A stretch of 62,733 bases of DNA, counting the filler, from Kipferlia bialata (Eukaryota), in NCBI GenBank assembly GCA_003568945.1. It is 4 parts of 4 records of this genome, joined end to end, with 100 filler letters (N's around TTAATTAATTAA, not from the genome) between each part and the next. Parts side by side here need not be neighbours in the genome. Positions count along the whole stretch, not along the records: positions 1 to 23,271 come from BDIP01000264.1; positions 23,372 to 46,584 come from BDIP01000265.1; 2 more parts are not named here. One strand, 5' to 3'. Positions 11,344-23,545 of this stretch are shown one piece after another. Position 1 is the stretch's first letter, and every line of letters starts with the position of its first letter. Both the position numbers and the translations under genes were made by a program. Below the pieces are notes generated by a model. That model did not search any database. It saw only the letters and a list, made by a program, of their open reading frames with translations, and had not been told where the DNA came from.

Positions 11344-13934
11344 TCACTGCGGGGTTGTCTGTCTCTGCACCATGAACTCTGTCAGCAGCCTCTGGTGGGG
11401 GGACACCTCCTTGTCCCTGTCCCGCTTGGCCTTGGCCCTCTTCTTGACCTGGCGTCAGTTTATAGTATACATATATATACAGTGTATATAGTGTATATAT
11501 ACGGTTTATAGTGAGTATATATGTAGCATATGAATATATATACAAAGCCTAGTATTATAATTACAATATGATCCTGATACTAACACTACTCCTCTTCCCC
11601 CACCTTAGCACTATTCTTCAGTCTCTCCAGTCTCTCCCTGGGCATGCTGGTATGCTCCATGTCACTCCCCTCCTTGGCCATACAGACACCCTCGGCAAAC
11701 AGCACCTTCCGGAAGCTGTCGTATGTGATCTGGCCAATCTTCTTCCACTCCCTCCCGTTCATGTCCAGGTAGGGGTGCTTGGGGTCCTCGAACCCATCTG
11801 TCCCCTTGCCCTTGGCCCTATTGGCTCTGATGACAGTGACCACTTGGATGGCCTCATTGCGCATATGGGAGAAGACAGTCTGGGGGTCAGTAATATAAAT
11901 GTATGCGAGACAAGTACCAAATTAGGCCAAGTACAGTAGCTAGAGTCTGTATGTCATGAGTACTAGTGTGTGAATACACATACTAATACCTTGGGGTCTA
12001 TGGGTCTGAAGCACAGCACCCTCTGGTACCACATGACATTGCCCTCTAGCCACAGACGCAACTGAGGGGTGAGAGAGGACTATACTAGTACACTACCAAC
12101 AGATATATGAGTACAGTAGAGTACCCACCTGCTGTGCGGCCTCTCTCTTGTGCAGGGTCTGTGTCTGCTCTGTGTCCCCTGTCGACAGAGCCTCTATCAG
12201 GTATGCACTGCTGCGGCCCTCGGCACCGGGTATGCCCTCGCTCACAGCGGTCTGGGGGTGGGTGTTAGTACATGAGAACATACAGAGACAGTGACTCTTG
12301 AGATATGAATGGGAAATAGCCAAAGTGATGAACATACCTGTCTCAGCTCCTGCAGTGGCACCCTCCTGAGGGTCCTGACCACAGCCGGGGTGGGTGCTAT
12401 CTCGGGGGAGGTGGCACGGGCACTGCTGGGGATCAGGGAGGGTAAGGTATATATATATATGTGTGTGTGTGTGGGTATGTAGTAGATATGGCCCGGGCAG
12501 ATACGTATGAAGAGTATATGTATATCCACCCAATACCTGAGCATGCCGTTGAAAGTACACAGGGGTAAAGTGTTGTATGTATAGGTAAATGGTGTATCCA
12601 CCCAATACCTGAGCATGCCGTTGAATATGAATGTATTCAGGTTTGGAGGGTAATATGTGCGTGATGTAATACGGAGTCATGTTGTAATGACCCACAGTAC
12701 CTGAGCATGCCGTTGAACGTGGCTGGGGTCGGCAGGACAGGCAGAACAGACTCAGCCTGGGACCCCCTGCTCCCCCTACTCCTTCTCTCTCTCTCTCTCT
12801 TCCTCCCACCCTGGGCAAGTGCCGCAACTGCTGTATCCCCAGAGAAGTGGGTGGATATGGGTATGGCCTTGCTCCTAGTGCTCACCCCACTGGTCGAGGG
12901 TTGGGGCTCCTCTCTGGGGCGTCTCCGTCCATAGGGTATGCCTCTTGGGTTCCTGTAGACATTCGGCACATCTCTCTCCCTCTCCCCCTCCCGCTCCCTC
13001 TCCCTCCCAGCCTCCCTCTCTCTCTCCTCAATCTCCCTCTCGTTCTCCCTCTCTGTGATACCCCTCAGCTTCAGGAGGGTACCCATCAGCCTATCAAACT
13101 CCCCCTTAGTCTTCTCCCTCCCCCTTGTCCCCTCTGCACCGCATACATACTGCTCAAGGGTGGATACCGCAGAGGCGACGGCAGGGGGCAGGGTATCCCT
13201 CAGTGAGCCCTTGGGTGGCTGTGCATATAGATTGCGCACAGGTTTGGTAGTGGGCTTCATCAGTCCCACCCCTGCACATGTCTCACTGGTACTGGTGTGG
13301 GTATACCCCTCCTGTACCATAGTCGCAAAGGGGTGGGAGGGTGGAGACCCTGCCCCGACACCACCAGCGGCACCCTTCTTACTCTTCTTGCCTTTGCTTG
13401 CAGTCTTACTATTAGTCTTGATGGGCTTCTTCACAGGTCTCTTCGCAGTGGGTGACTTGTCTCTGGAGGCCCTTGCAAATACGTTGGTAAAGGCACCCCC
13501 ACCCCCAGTCTCGTTTCTGTGGCCTATCCGCATGAAGGACTCTCGGACCTAGGGTGAGGGCATATAATGTGATTGTATCACTCTATATGTGAAGCATAAT
13601 TAGTCTTATGGCCTCAGTACATATTTGTATCAGCACGAAGGACCTGTGGAGTGAGGCAGAACATACTTATTGGGGTAGAGTAGCATATATATAGAGAGAG
13701 AGAGAGAAGAGTGCATGTTTAAGTGTAAGAAGCACAGGAATGTGGAACACACTGTGCCATTTGCAAAGGATAGTATTGGTATTTGTGGATAGAAGGACAG
13801 GAATGGAACATTAGAGATGTCATTTGCAGATGTATAGATAGAGGATTGAGAGAAGCATACCGTGACAGAGAAAGAAAACCACATACTGACACCCTCATAG
13901 AGAATGGTAGAGGGGAGGGTGGAGGTGGAGGGGG

Positions 13935-13966
<32 letters not shown>

Positions 13967-14515
13967 ACATACATATACATATACCCCCACCACGTACATC
14001 CTGTGTGGATGGCAGGTGCTGTGTGACTGTGGCACTACCCGGCATGACAGGTGTGTGGGGGGCATGGTTATGGCCATGGTGGGTGTGGGTGAGGGTGTAG
14101 TCAGAGTCCCTCAGCACTCCTAGAGGCAGGGCCGCAGTGGCCTGGTCCAACACATCCCCCAGTCTGATCTATGCGTGAGAGAGAGAGTACAGGGTATCAA
14201 TACAAATGCATATACACTCTCTTCCCAACTCTATCCAGCATAGAATCTTGCACTGCATACCTGGGACACATGCTCCCTGACACAGCACTCTCTGATGTGG
14301 TCTATCTGGGCTCGGTATGGGGTGCCGGCTATCACAGTATGGCACACAAAGCAGGGCTGGCAGTGAGAGGCATTTCGCACATTCGCATATATATATCATA
14401 AGATGGGGAGGGGGGTGGGGGGGGGGACACCATCACCCAACAACCATATCTTATACACACTCCCACATACCGACAGGGGTGATGACACCCTGGATGCACC
14501 GGTGGGGGCCGGCAT
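11344..14515 (-). CDS. SLX4: SLX4-like structure-specific endonuclease scaffold
   Basis: Exon 14261-14356 encodes CFVCHTVIAGTPYRAQIDHIREC (C-x2-C-x14-H-x3-C, UBZ4 spacing). There is a SAP-like segment LRRVPLQELRQ|TAVSEGIPGAEGRSSAYLIEAL. The C-terminal LRLWLEGNVMWYQRVLCFRPIDPK...ITYDSFRKVLFAEGVCM resembles the SLX1-binding domain. Domain order matches SLX4. Confidence 0.65.
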
Positions 14516-14607
14516 CAGCCAACCATGCACTGAGGAGAGAGCTATGCGGACTGGACTCCAAAGTTCAAAAATTTTGTTGTGTACGAACCCTTTTTCGAGC
14601 GACGCCA

Positions 14608-16501
14608 ATGCGTGTAGGGACTGCGACCAGTATTAGATACTCTTCCCCTCTCTACCCCTGTCTCTTCAGGCTTAGACTGTGCTCCACAAGGCCTCCGATA
14701 GTTGGTATGCAGGGTGCTCCGACCTTTGAGTTTGGCCCCGTCCCAGTGGACTTTGAGGTGACACCTTGAGCCCTCTCTCTCTATTATACTCTATTTTACT
14801 CTATTATATGTGCCTTGTGTCTTACAGTCAGGATAGAGTATATGGTACTAGTGCTGCCTTTTCGCTGGGGCCCAACACAGTGGGGGTACTAGGTAGGGTC
14901 ACTCTCCAATCGGAGGTACACTCCAAACCAGCATCATGTATATGTGCATCATACTGCAGTCACTCGACATATACAAACAGCAACCCCCCCTTCCCCCTCC
15001 ACTACATATCTTCATCTGCCACTCTATGGGTATTATGTCTCTCTGTCACACCCTGGAGTCGCGGATTACCCCCCCCCGCCCCCTTCCCTATCCCTACTTT
15101 CTCTCATTGCTCATTGCAGGTTCTGATGCCGATTACCGAGAGGTCCTCCTGACAGTGACCCTTAGGGACCCAGGGGCTGGGGAGGTGGTACCCACCATTC
15201 ACAGTAAACAAACAGGTTGCAAGACAGCATTGACTGGAATGGTTGCAGTAAGGTAGAGACCTATACAGAGAGTTAAGAAACTGAATGGTATAGTATTCAC
15301 TAAGTACTCTCCCCACTCTCTATGTCTCACTGCAGAGTAGGACCCTCTGTCTACTGCTATGGGGGAAGGTCTCGGTCACACTACTACTCCAGCCAGCTGC
15401 GAGAGTATCATTTGGACACAGGGTGCGATATAGCTACTAAACAATCAATCCCTATGGAAGTGCGGGTCTTTGTGAGCATTGTACACTCTGCATCAGCAGG
15501 ACATGGGGTATGAACCTCACCCTCTGAGTCTCTCTAAGAGTGACCCTCTCTCCATCTCTGTCTCCTCCTGTATTCATGACATGTTTCACTGGTCGAAGCA
15601 TATATGTACCTCTCTCTCTCTCAATAACTCTAACCAAGCACTTGGAAGACCCTTGGTGGTATCAGTGCCAAGACAGCCGAGACAGAGGCAAAGCACAGAG
15701 AGTATCTGGAGAGGTGTGATGATTTCAGTAAGGGCACAGTTAGAGACACGGCTGGGTACTGGCCCAGCCCTAGAGAGGGGTGTGTGGCTGGATGTCTGGG
15801 GGGGAGACTCTTCATCGCAGGTATGTATACACACACACATATATATATAACCCCTTGATTTCACTCCCTATCAGGTGGTCAGGGTGATAAGCAGAGCTTC
15901 AATGAGACATGGTGGTATGACCCAACCCTCGGGTCTAGGTGGCAGAGGGGGGAGGTGAGGGACAGCCATCACTCTGTTTGCATTCAGTCGTAACTACTCT
16001 TACGCTAAGGACCTCCCTGCCTCCCTAGCCACTCAGACTGTGCTGCGTACCCAGAGGGGGGATGAGAGGGTGTTCTCCCAGCAGAACGTGTCCTCTGTCG
16101 TAGTGGGTGACACTCTGCACTGTGTGTGTGCTGACCAGAGGCACATGGCCTACACTGTACACCAGGGAGAGAGTGTACCTAGAGGGGTGTGGAGTGAACA
16201 AGCTACCCTTCCGCAGATAGGCATGTGGGGTTGTGTAACTGCCATTGGGTACAGGCAGCAGTACCTGGCAGTGGTTGGTGGTAGAGTCAGACATCAGAAG
16301 GGGACAGTCTATGACCTAGATGCATGTGAGTGGGTGGAGGAGGGCAGGTGGTGGGAGGGGGTGAGGGGAGCACCCTATGTCAGAGAGGGCAGTGCGTGTG
16401 TGTTTGCAGGGACAGGGAATGCCCACACACAACACCTCCTGATGGTGGATGACGGGGCTGGGATACACGTTGTCACAGCAGTGTGGTGGGATAGTAGGTG
16501 A
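14608..16501 (+). CDS. Kelch-type beta-propeller protein, multi-exon; start could be 14707
   Basis: Kelch motifs: VGPSVYCYGGRS...QLREYHLDT, WPSPREGCVAGCLGGRLFIAG|GQGDKQSFNETWWYDP, YLAVVGGRVRHQKGTVYDLDACEW. Confidence 0.8.
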
Positions 16502-16989
16502 GGGAGTGGACCTTGACCATCCTGAGTAGAAACCCTTCTTTCACACGTCAATGCATGTACCACACGCCGTGTAGGATCTGCCCTCTCTAATAGGGTCTCT
16601 ACAAGCCCTTGTCGTAGTTGCCTAGAGACTCCCACATAGAGTCGCTATCCAAGGTGAGACCGGTTTGTGTTGACTATGGGATCTGATACAGACAAATGAT
16701 GTTGATGACAAATAGAGACAAGTGATGTTGGTATCGCTCTCATGATACCCTATATTTCAGTGACCCATAGCTGCAGCTGAACTTCCATTCCAAATAGAGC
16801 ACACTTTACCTATAATGAATGAAAATATCTCCTACGCATGTACTGCACTGGATATTCGTTTACCGATGCTTTGAAAGCATTGCAGTTCGGAACTGACAGT
16901 TCCGCGACACGTCGACAAATCCAAAAAAACAACAGATAAGGGTTTAGACAAGACCTGTCCAATTCTCTCTCCTCTCATTCCTGCTTACA

Positions 16990-17094
16990 ATGGTTCAAAA
17001 ACCTGCAAAGCCAGGGATATTGGTTGCACTCGATGTGGGGACCACCTACTCTGGTCTGAGTATTTGTTTAGACACTGAGGGTGGATATGGAGAA
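16990..17094 (+). CDS. First exon of an HSP70-family (HSPA12-like) actin-fold ATPase; remainder lost in or beyond the N gap
   Basis: MVQKPAKPGILVALDVGTTYSGLSICLDTEGGYGE followed by GTAAGT. It contains the phosphate-1 motif (D-x-GTTYSG). Confidence 0.6.
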
Positions 17095-18274
17095 GTAAGT
17101 GTCCCTACACGCAAGCTAATCATCACCTGAACTGTCTCTTTTGGTCATCCCCAGTTGATGTGGAGATACCATGCTCACATACCCCCATAACTATGTATAT
17201 ACTCTATACTGACCCCCCCCCCCCCCCCCCCCCCCCCTACCCCCACCCCCCCANNNNNNNNNNNNNNNNNNNNNNNNNNNNNNNNNNNNNNNNNNNNNNN
17301 NNNNNNNNNNNNNNNNNNNNNNNNNNNNNNNNNNNNNNNNNNNNNNNNNNNNNNNNNNNNNNNNNNNNNNNNNNNNNNNNNNNNNNNNNNNNNNNNNNNN
17401 NNNNNNNNNNNNNNNNNNNNNNNNNNNNNNNNNNNNNNNNNNNNNNNNNNNNNNNNNNNNNNNNNNNNNNNNNNNNNNNNNNNNNNNNNNNNNNNNNNNN
17501 NNNNNNNNNNNNNNNNNNNNNNNNNNNNNNNNNNNNNNNNNNNNNNNNNNNNNNNNNNNNNNNNNNNNNNNNNNNNNNNNNNNNNNNNNNNNNNNNNNNN
17601 NNNNNNNNNNNNNNNNNNNNNNNNNNNNNNNNNNNNNNNNNNNNNNNNNNNNNNNNNNNNNNNNNNNNNNNNNNNNNNNNNNNNNNNNNNNNNNNNNNNN
17701 NNNNNNNNNNNNNNNNNNNNNNNNNNNNNNNNNNNNNNNNNNNNNNNNNNNNNNNNNNNNNNNNNNNNNNNNNNNNNNNNNNNNNNNNNNNNNNNNNNNN
17801 NNNNNNNNNNNNNNNNNNNNNNNNNNNNNNNNNNNNNNNNNNNNNNNNNNNNNNNNNNNNNNNNNNNNNNNNNNNNNNNNNNNNNNNNNNNNNNNNNNNN
17901 NNNNNNNNNNNNNNNNNNNNNNNNNNNNNNNNNNNNNNNNNNNNNNNNNNNNNNNNNNNNNNNNNNNNNNNNNNNNNNNNNNNNNNNNNNNNNNNNNNNN
18001 NCCTCTTTTTTTTTTTCCCCCCCCCCCCCCCCCCCCCCCCCCCTCCACAGCCTATAGTATCGGTTGTACCAGTATATATTTGTAAATGTTTATAGTCTTT
18101 CTCACACTCCCATTCTCATTATTATTTCTTACTAATGAATCTATATGTTCATTTACATACTAATGTCTACACAAATTTATGTATTTATATACTACTTCAC
18201 ACACACACTCCAGGTCCCATACACAAATATTGTACATCTCCTGGTTAAACTCCGTAAGTCTTCTATAACTGTAG

Positions 18275-19233
18275 GTCACGAGGGTCAAGTTCTCTGAGAA
18301 GGGTGGTACTTTGCATCCATATATATACTCACATATATTTATATATATACTCATTAATGTATATATTCCTATCACGTATATGTATGTAACCCCTTACTGT
18401 AGGTGACCAGGGTCAAGTTCTCTGAGAAGGGTGGTACTTTGCATCTGGCACAGAAGGAGATCAAGATGAAACTGCCATTAGGTAGGATATAGTATATATA
18501 TATATACTCATATGTATATGTATAATGTATAGTGTGTAGATGTTATACTATACTGTATAGAGGGTGGTGCTTTCCATCTGGCACAGAAAGACATCAAGAT
18601 GAAACTGCCATTAGGTATATATTGTTCTATTCATAAGGGTACTGATAATATATGGAATTATAACTTTATATACAAATAAGTACTCTGCACCTGGCACAGA
18701 AGGAGATCAAGATGAAACTGCCTCTAGGTAGGCTATACTATATGATATATACTCATGTGTGTGTATATGTACTGTACAATGTATGCTCTACAAAGTATAT
18801 AATGCAATTAGTATATACAATAGTATCTAGAGATCAAGAAGACACTGTCATTAGGGTGTATATATCGCAGTAGTGCGTATATATATATTGCATGTTGGAC
18901 TGTTATTGCTACTATTTTATGAAGTAATCGTTTGAAATAGTATTTGGCACAGAAAGAGATCAGGATGAAACTACGCATATGTTTGTAAACATGTAGTATT
19001 CAGTAAGTATAGCGTTCACTTCTGCTTAGTGGACTATAGGAAGTTTTAAGGCTTTTACTATCTTAACAACAGGTGCTGATGATGACACCCCTCTGTGCAA
19101 GATAGGGCGGAGACTGTGTGTGCTGTACAGCGATGAGTATGTGATGCACAACCTGGCAATGAGAAGGTATTAGATACATAGTATATCTGCAGGGATCATT
19201 ATATAGCGTGTGTAGCAATGGTGTTCATATTCA

Positions 19234-19268
<35 letters not shown>

Positions 19269-20620
19269 TTTGTGTGTGCTGTACAGTGATGAGTATGTCA
19301 TGCACAACCTGACAATGAAGAGGTATATATGTATATAGATATGTATCTAAATTGGTATATATTGATTCCAGGTCTCAGACCCTCCCAATTGTCAACCCCT
19401 TGAAAGAGTCTGATATATAGTGGGCCAATCTATGTCCATTGCTGTTCTAACTATATATTTATGTCCTCATACCAGGTCTCAGACCCTTCCCATTGTCAAC
19501 CCCTTGACAGAGTTCTGGGCCGACATTGAGCCCATCCCACACCCGACAGACCCCAATAAGGTATATATACACTTTCTAGTAGTATATTGTAATGTATGAT
19601 TGTATTATTAGTGATAAATATTCCATGTTCCATATTTTGTATGTTATACTAAATTGAGTGTGTTGGAATTTAGCCCATCCCACACCCCACAGACCCTAAC
19701 AATATACATGTCCTGCTGTTTAGATATTATTGTCTATCTAGTTATGCATCGGAGTTCCATACTCTTGACAGTGTACATATCTACAATAGAGTCTCATGGA
19801 AGGTTATACAGTTTGGAAAACCTGGGAGCAACACCACGTCCAAGACTGGGAAGAAGGCTGAGAACGTCGAGAGTGTGCTAGAGTTTGATATGCAGACGGG
19901 TATATCAAACTACATATGATATATGTGATCTCACTATTACTAAAACTACTCTGCAATATTATTAATGTATACATACACTATATTGTGTTATACGTGTCAT
20001 ATTGTTTGCTGGAGTTTGATATGCAGACAGGTACATCAAACTACATATTATATATGTGATTCATTCAACTATTACTATTATATGCATATAAATGTATCTA
20101 CTCTATATTATGTATATATATATTGTGTACTGTAGTTTGACATGCAGACTGGTTGGTCTTAGATACACTAGCTCTATGTACATATACTTACTCTATATGT
20201 CATTAGTATTCATTACATATACTATGTGCTGAAGCCCTCTTACCTTTTACCTCTAGGATTTCTCTCTAAACCTTGTGATAGTCTAATATCTAGGAGAAGT
20301 CAACCAGTTATTTCACACCTATATACATATACGAGTATATATATGTGTTTGGATATATGTAAGTGTATTATTATAAACACTACCTCTAGGAGAAGTCACC
20401 CAGCGGCAGTCCATCCCAACCTCTCTGCTGAAGAAGCTAAGGAAGGGATACGGAGATGATAGGAGGTTAGGACATTTTCTCTATCATCCTCACTATATTT
20501 CCATTTGTGTTTATGGTTACCCAGGGGGGACACCGATCCGTTCACTGAGTATGCTGTCTCATCGCCCCTTATCTTCCTCTCTCTCTCTAGAACCGATCCC
20601 TTCACAGATTCGTGTCCCCT

Positions 20621-20655
<35 letters not shown>

Positions 20656-21240
20656 AAAGAACCTAATCCCAAGACGGGACAGCGACCTCTCCCAGATTCG
20701 AGTCTCCTTCTTTGTCTCTCTCTCTTTCAATAGTCTAATCCCAAGATGGAACACCGATCCCTTCACAGAGTACGCTGTCGTTGGAGATGTGTTGCACATC
20801 ATACAGACAAGGTCAGTAAGAATATATATTCATATATATATGTATATATACATATGATAAATACTGTATATAGTACATATATATTACTATGAGCTATCGT
20901 ATCGTGAGAGGTCCTGCACGTCATACAGACCAGGTCAGTATGTGTAGTTATAATATGTGTTTCTCTTCACACTTATAGAGAGAGAAGTGTGTATATAGCA
21001 TTTGGTTGCAAAATCCACTGTATATCTCACTCCTAGTCAGTTCTGGGAGATATCCTTCCACTGGGCGTATAATCTAGTGAAGAGCGATTTCTATGCTATG
21101 GGACCTATTCCCTGTGAGGTAGATATGTATTTATGTGTATACGTATATATATATACACATATAAGGTAGGTAGTAGTCTCTTTCTCGATATCTCTATTTG
21201 GACTAGGTCTCTAATCAATGGGCCCTACTCCCGGTGAGGT
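18275..21240 (+). repeat. Cluster of intronic partial exon copies (echoes)
   Basis: Exon 18403-18481 is copied at 18275-18317, ~18560-18614, 18680-18727, ~18829-18855 and ~18945-18972; most later exons also have copies. Confidence 0.9.
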
Positions 21241-22552
21241 ATATATGTACAAATTCAGATATATGTACGTTCATGCCTATTTAGCTTCCCTAGGTTCGTT
21301 AGGTGTTCTATCTTTCTGTCTCAATGTAGAGATTTGTTCAAACATATCATAGTACAAACCTTTCGTTCAATCCTCTCACCTCTGTGTTCAGAATATAGGC
21401 CCGTATCTCACATTAGGTATTTTGCCCCCTTAAACATTGACCATATCTCTGTCTCCCTCGCTCTCTTCTGTATCTCTCTGTATCCACGTATCCTCACATC
21501 ATAGGTTTATAACCCTGCCGTCATTTGTTTTGGCCCGAACCTCTATCTAATAGGAGGCAAGTATCACGAGAGGTAGGGATCACTGCTATGGTTTTAGTGT
21601 TTTCTGTAGTACCATATTAGTGGTAATGAATTGTGTACATACTCATTCACATAAACAATGGGTATATTTGTTTTGGTTGTATCAGTATCAGTATTGATGT
21701 TTGATTGTCTTTGTTGTTAACCCTAGCACCGTCCATGTATACAACACCGAGACTGCCAAGTGGGCATGCCTAGCCACAGACTCCCCCTTTGCACTAGATG
21801 CATGTGTGGGTGTGGATATGGGAAACGGCAATGCCCTCGTACTAGGTAAGAGTGTCTTCTCAGCAACAATGAGTGTAGTAGTCTTGATACTCGGTTGTAT
21901 TGTATATCCGAGCATGTGTGGGTTCGGAGATGGGTACTTCTCTTAGGGACCAATACTCTCTCGGTGTGGATGTTATAGTGATACCCTCTTGTCCAGTGTG
22001 TGTGGGTGTGTGTGGGTGTTGATATAGGGAACAAGGAGGGCTCTGTTGCTATGTGTGACTCAATTTCTGTGGTAATGATAATCTGACGTGTTAGGCACTG
22101 CCCCAGTGGCACAGTCTTCAGACAGTGAGGGGTCTGAGAATGATACTGTAGACGACAAGGAGATACTATGCTACAGAGTATGCGTTGAGACATCGGGAGA
22201 CAAGGCACAAGGCGAGGAAGGCCTACTACCCAGCAAAGACTCTGCCTCCTTGTTAGAGAGCCAACCTGCACGCATGGAGACTCCAATACAGAAGAAGGAG
22301 AGAGAGAAGCGTGAGGTGGAAGCCGAGTGGGAGAAGTTTATGGAGAGGGAGAGAGAGAGGGAAGCTGAGGCAAGGGGAGAGTCGACCAACCTACTCGCTG
22401 AGGACTCTGAGGCAGAAACACATAAGGGTGGAGCAAGAGAGAGAGAGGCAGAGGATAGCTGGATGAGCTCCCCTGATTCCCCACCCATACCGACTAGGAG
22501 GAAGAGAGAGGCAGAAGCACCCGAGGACTCTCAGATGTCGCAGGAGATTTGA
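18403..22552 (+). CDS. Multi-exon protein with C-terminal Kelch-like blades, 5'-partial; two candidate last exons (21947-21978 or ~22096-22552)
   Basis: Exons splice in frame: VTRVKFSEKGGTLHLAQKEIKMKLPL|GADDDTPLCKIGRRLCVLYSDEY...|WNTDPFTEYAVVGDVLHIIQT|...VYNPAVICFGPNLYLIGGKYHE|TVHVYNTETAKWACLAT... Confidence 0.7.
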
Positions 22553-23076
22553 ATGGAGTATGATAATAGAATCAACTACCCTTAGGGATATTGTCGACAC
22601 CTATTCTGAAACACAATCACTAGACAGATATCGCATTTGAATGGATAACAATCAGAATGGATATTGGAACAAACTTTCATTTGTATAATGGGTATTGAGA
22701 AAATAGGACTGAGCGTAAGACAGTGTCTTAGTAGATGGCTCCTTATCAACCTGTACACATATTCGCCCTCTCTGAGAGTCAATTATTCTTCAAACCCGAT
22801 ATAGAATTATATTGAATATATTGTGATACCGATATCTCGACTTATGGCAGTGGGCCAGGGGGTGCCACCCAGATCACGGGTTACATACAATACCTTTGAA
22901 AAAGAGAGTAGATGTATTACATGATGTAACTGAGATGCTGAAGGTTAGTGTGACTTGCGAATCGCTTTCATTATCTATTCTCACATTGAGATACTATCCA
23001 TACAGTAATGCCGCCAAGAAGCGCCAGAATCAGGAATATCTCTCCCATTCTCTCTCTTGCAACTTCGCTTATACTC

Positions 23077-23139
23077 CTATTGAGTCATCTTGACTATCTG
23101 GACTGTGTACGTCACCGAGTCTCCATCGTGGAGTGTGAC
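23077..23139 (-). CDS. Terminal exon of an unidentified gene (5' part beyond the linker)
   Basis: ctcaccctag|GTC ACA CTC...CAA TAG = VTLHDGDSVTYTVQIVKMTQ*. A partial echo copy with its own acceptor lies at ~23219-23245. Confidence 0.5.
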   Translation of the reverse strand, partial: VTLHDGDSVTYTVQIVKMTQ

Positions 23140-23271
23140 CTAGGGTGAGATATCAATACAATAGAAAGTGAGGATACAGAGAGACGGCCTACAGAGAGAG
23201 CAAGAGTGTGTATGTGACTGAGTCGCCATTGTGAGTTGTCACCTAGGGGAGAGAGGGCGAGAGTACTAAGA

Positions 23272-23371
23272 NNNNNNNNNNNNNNNNNNNNNNNNNNNNN
23301 NNNNNNNNNNNNNNNTTAATTAATTAANNNNNNNNNNNNNNNNNNNNNNNNNNNNNNNNNNNNNNNNNNNN
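23272..23371. other. Artificial contig linker (N44-TTAATTAATTAA-N44)
   Basis: Six-frame-stop spacer centred in Ns; an identical cassette occurs three times in the window. Confidence 0.95.
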
Positions 23372-23545
23372 CCGTCATTTGCATTTCTAGTTTGTGATAT
23401 TCACAGTTCTCCCCCACCCCCCCCCCCCCCCCCCCCCCTTCCCCTCCTACGTGGCTGCCAATTCTTATTCGCTATTTTGGAGACATTACCTGTCAGGATG
23501 TCACTAGTCACTATTAGAGCATAGACTAGGCCTAATAATAGTAAC

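Noticed and set aside
17160..18095. Long ORFs spanning N gaps (also 50488-51768)
   Set aside because: They are open only because of Ns.
23316..23327. TTAATTAATTAA palindrome inside N runs (also 46629-46640 and 56035-56046)
   Set aside because: Identical 100-nt cassette with stops in six frames, i.e. an artificial contig spacer. Adjacency across it carries no biological meaning.
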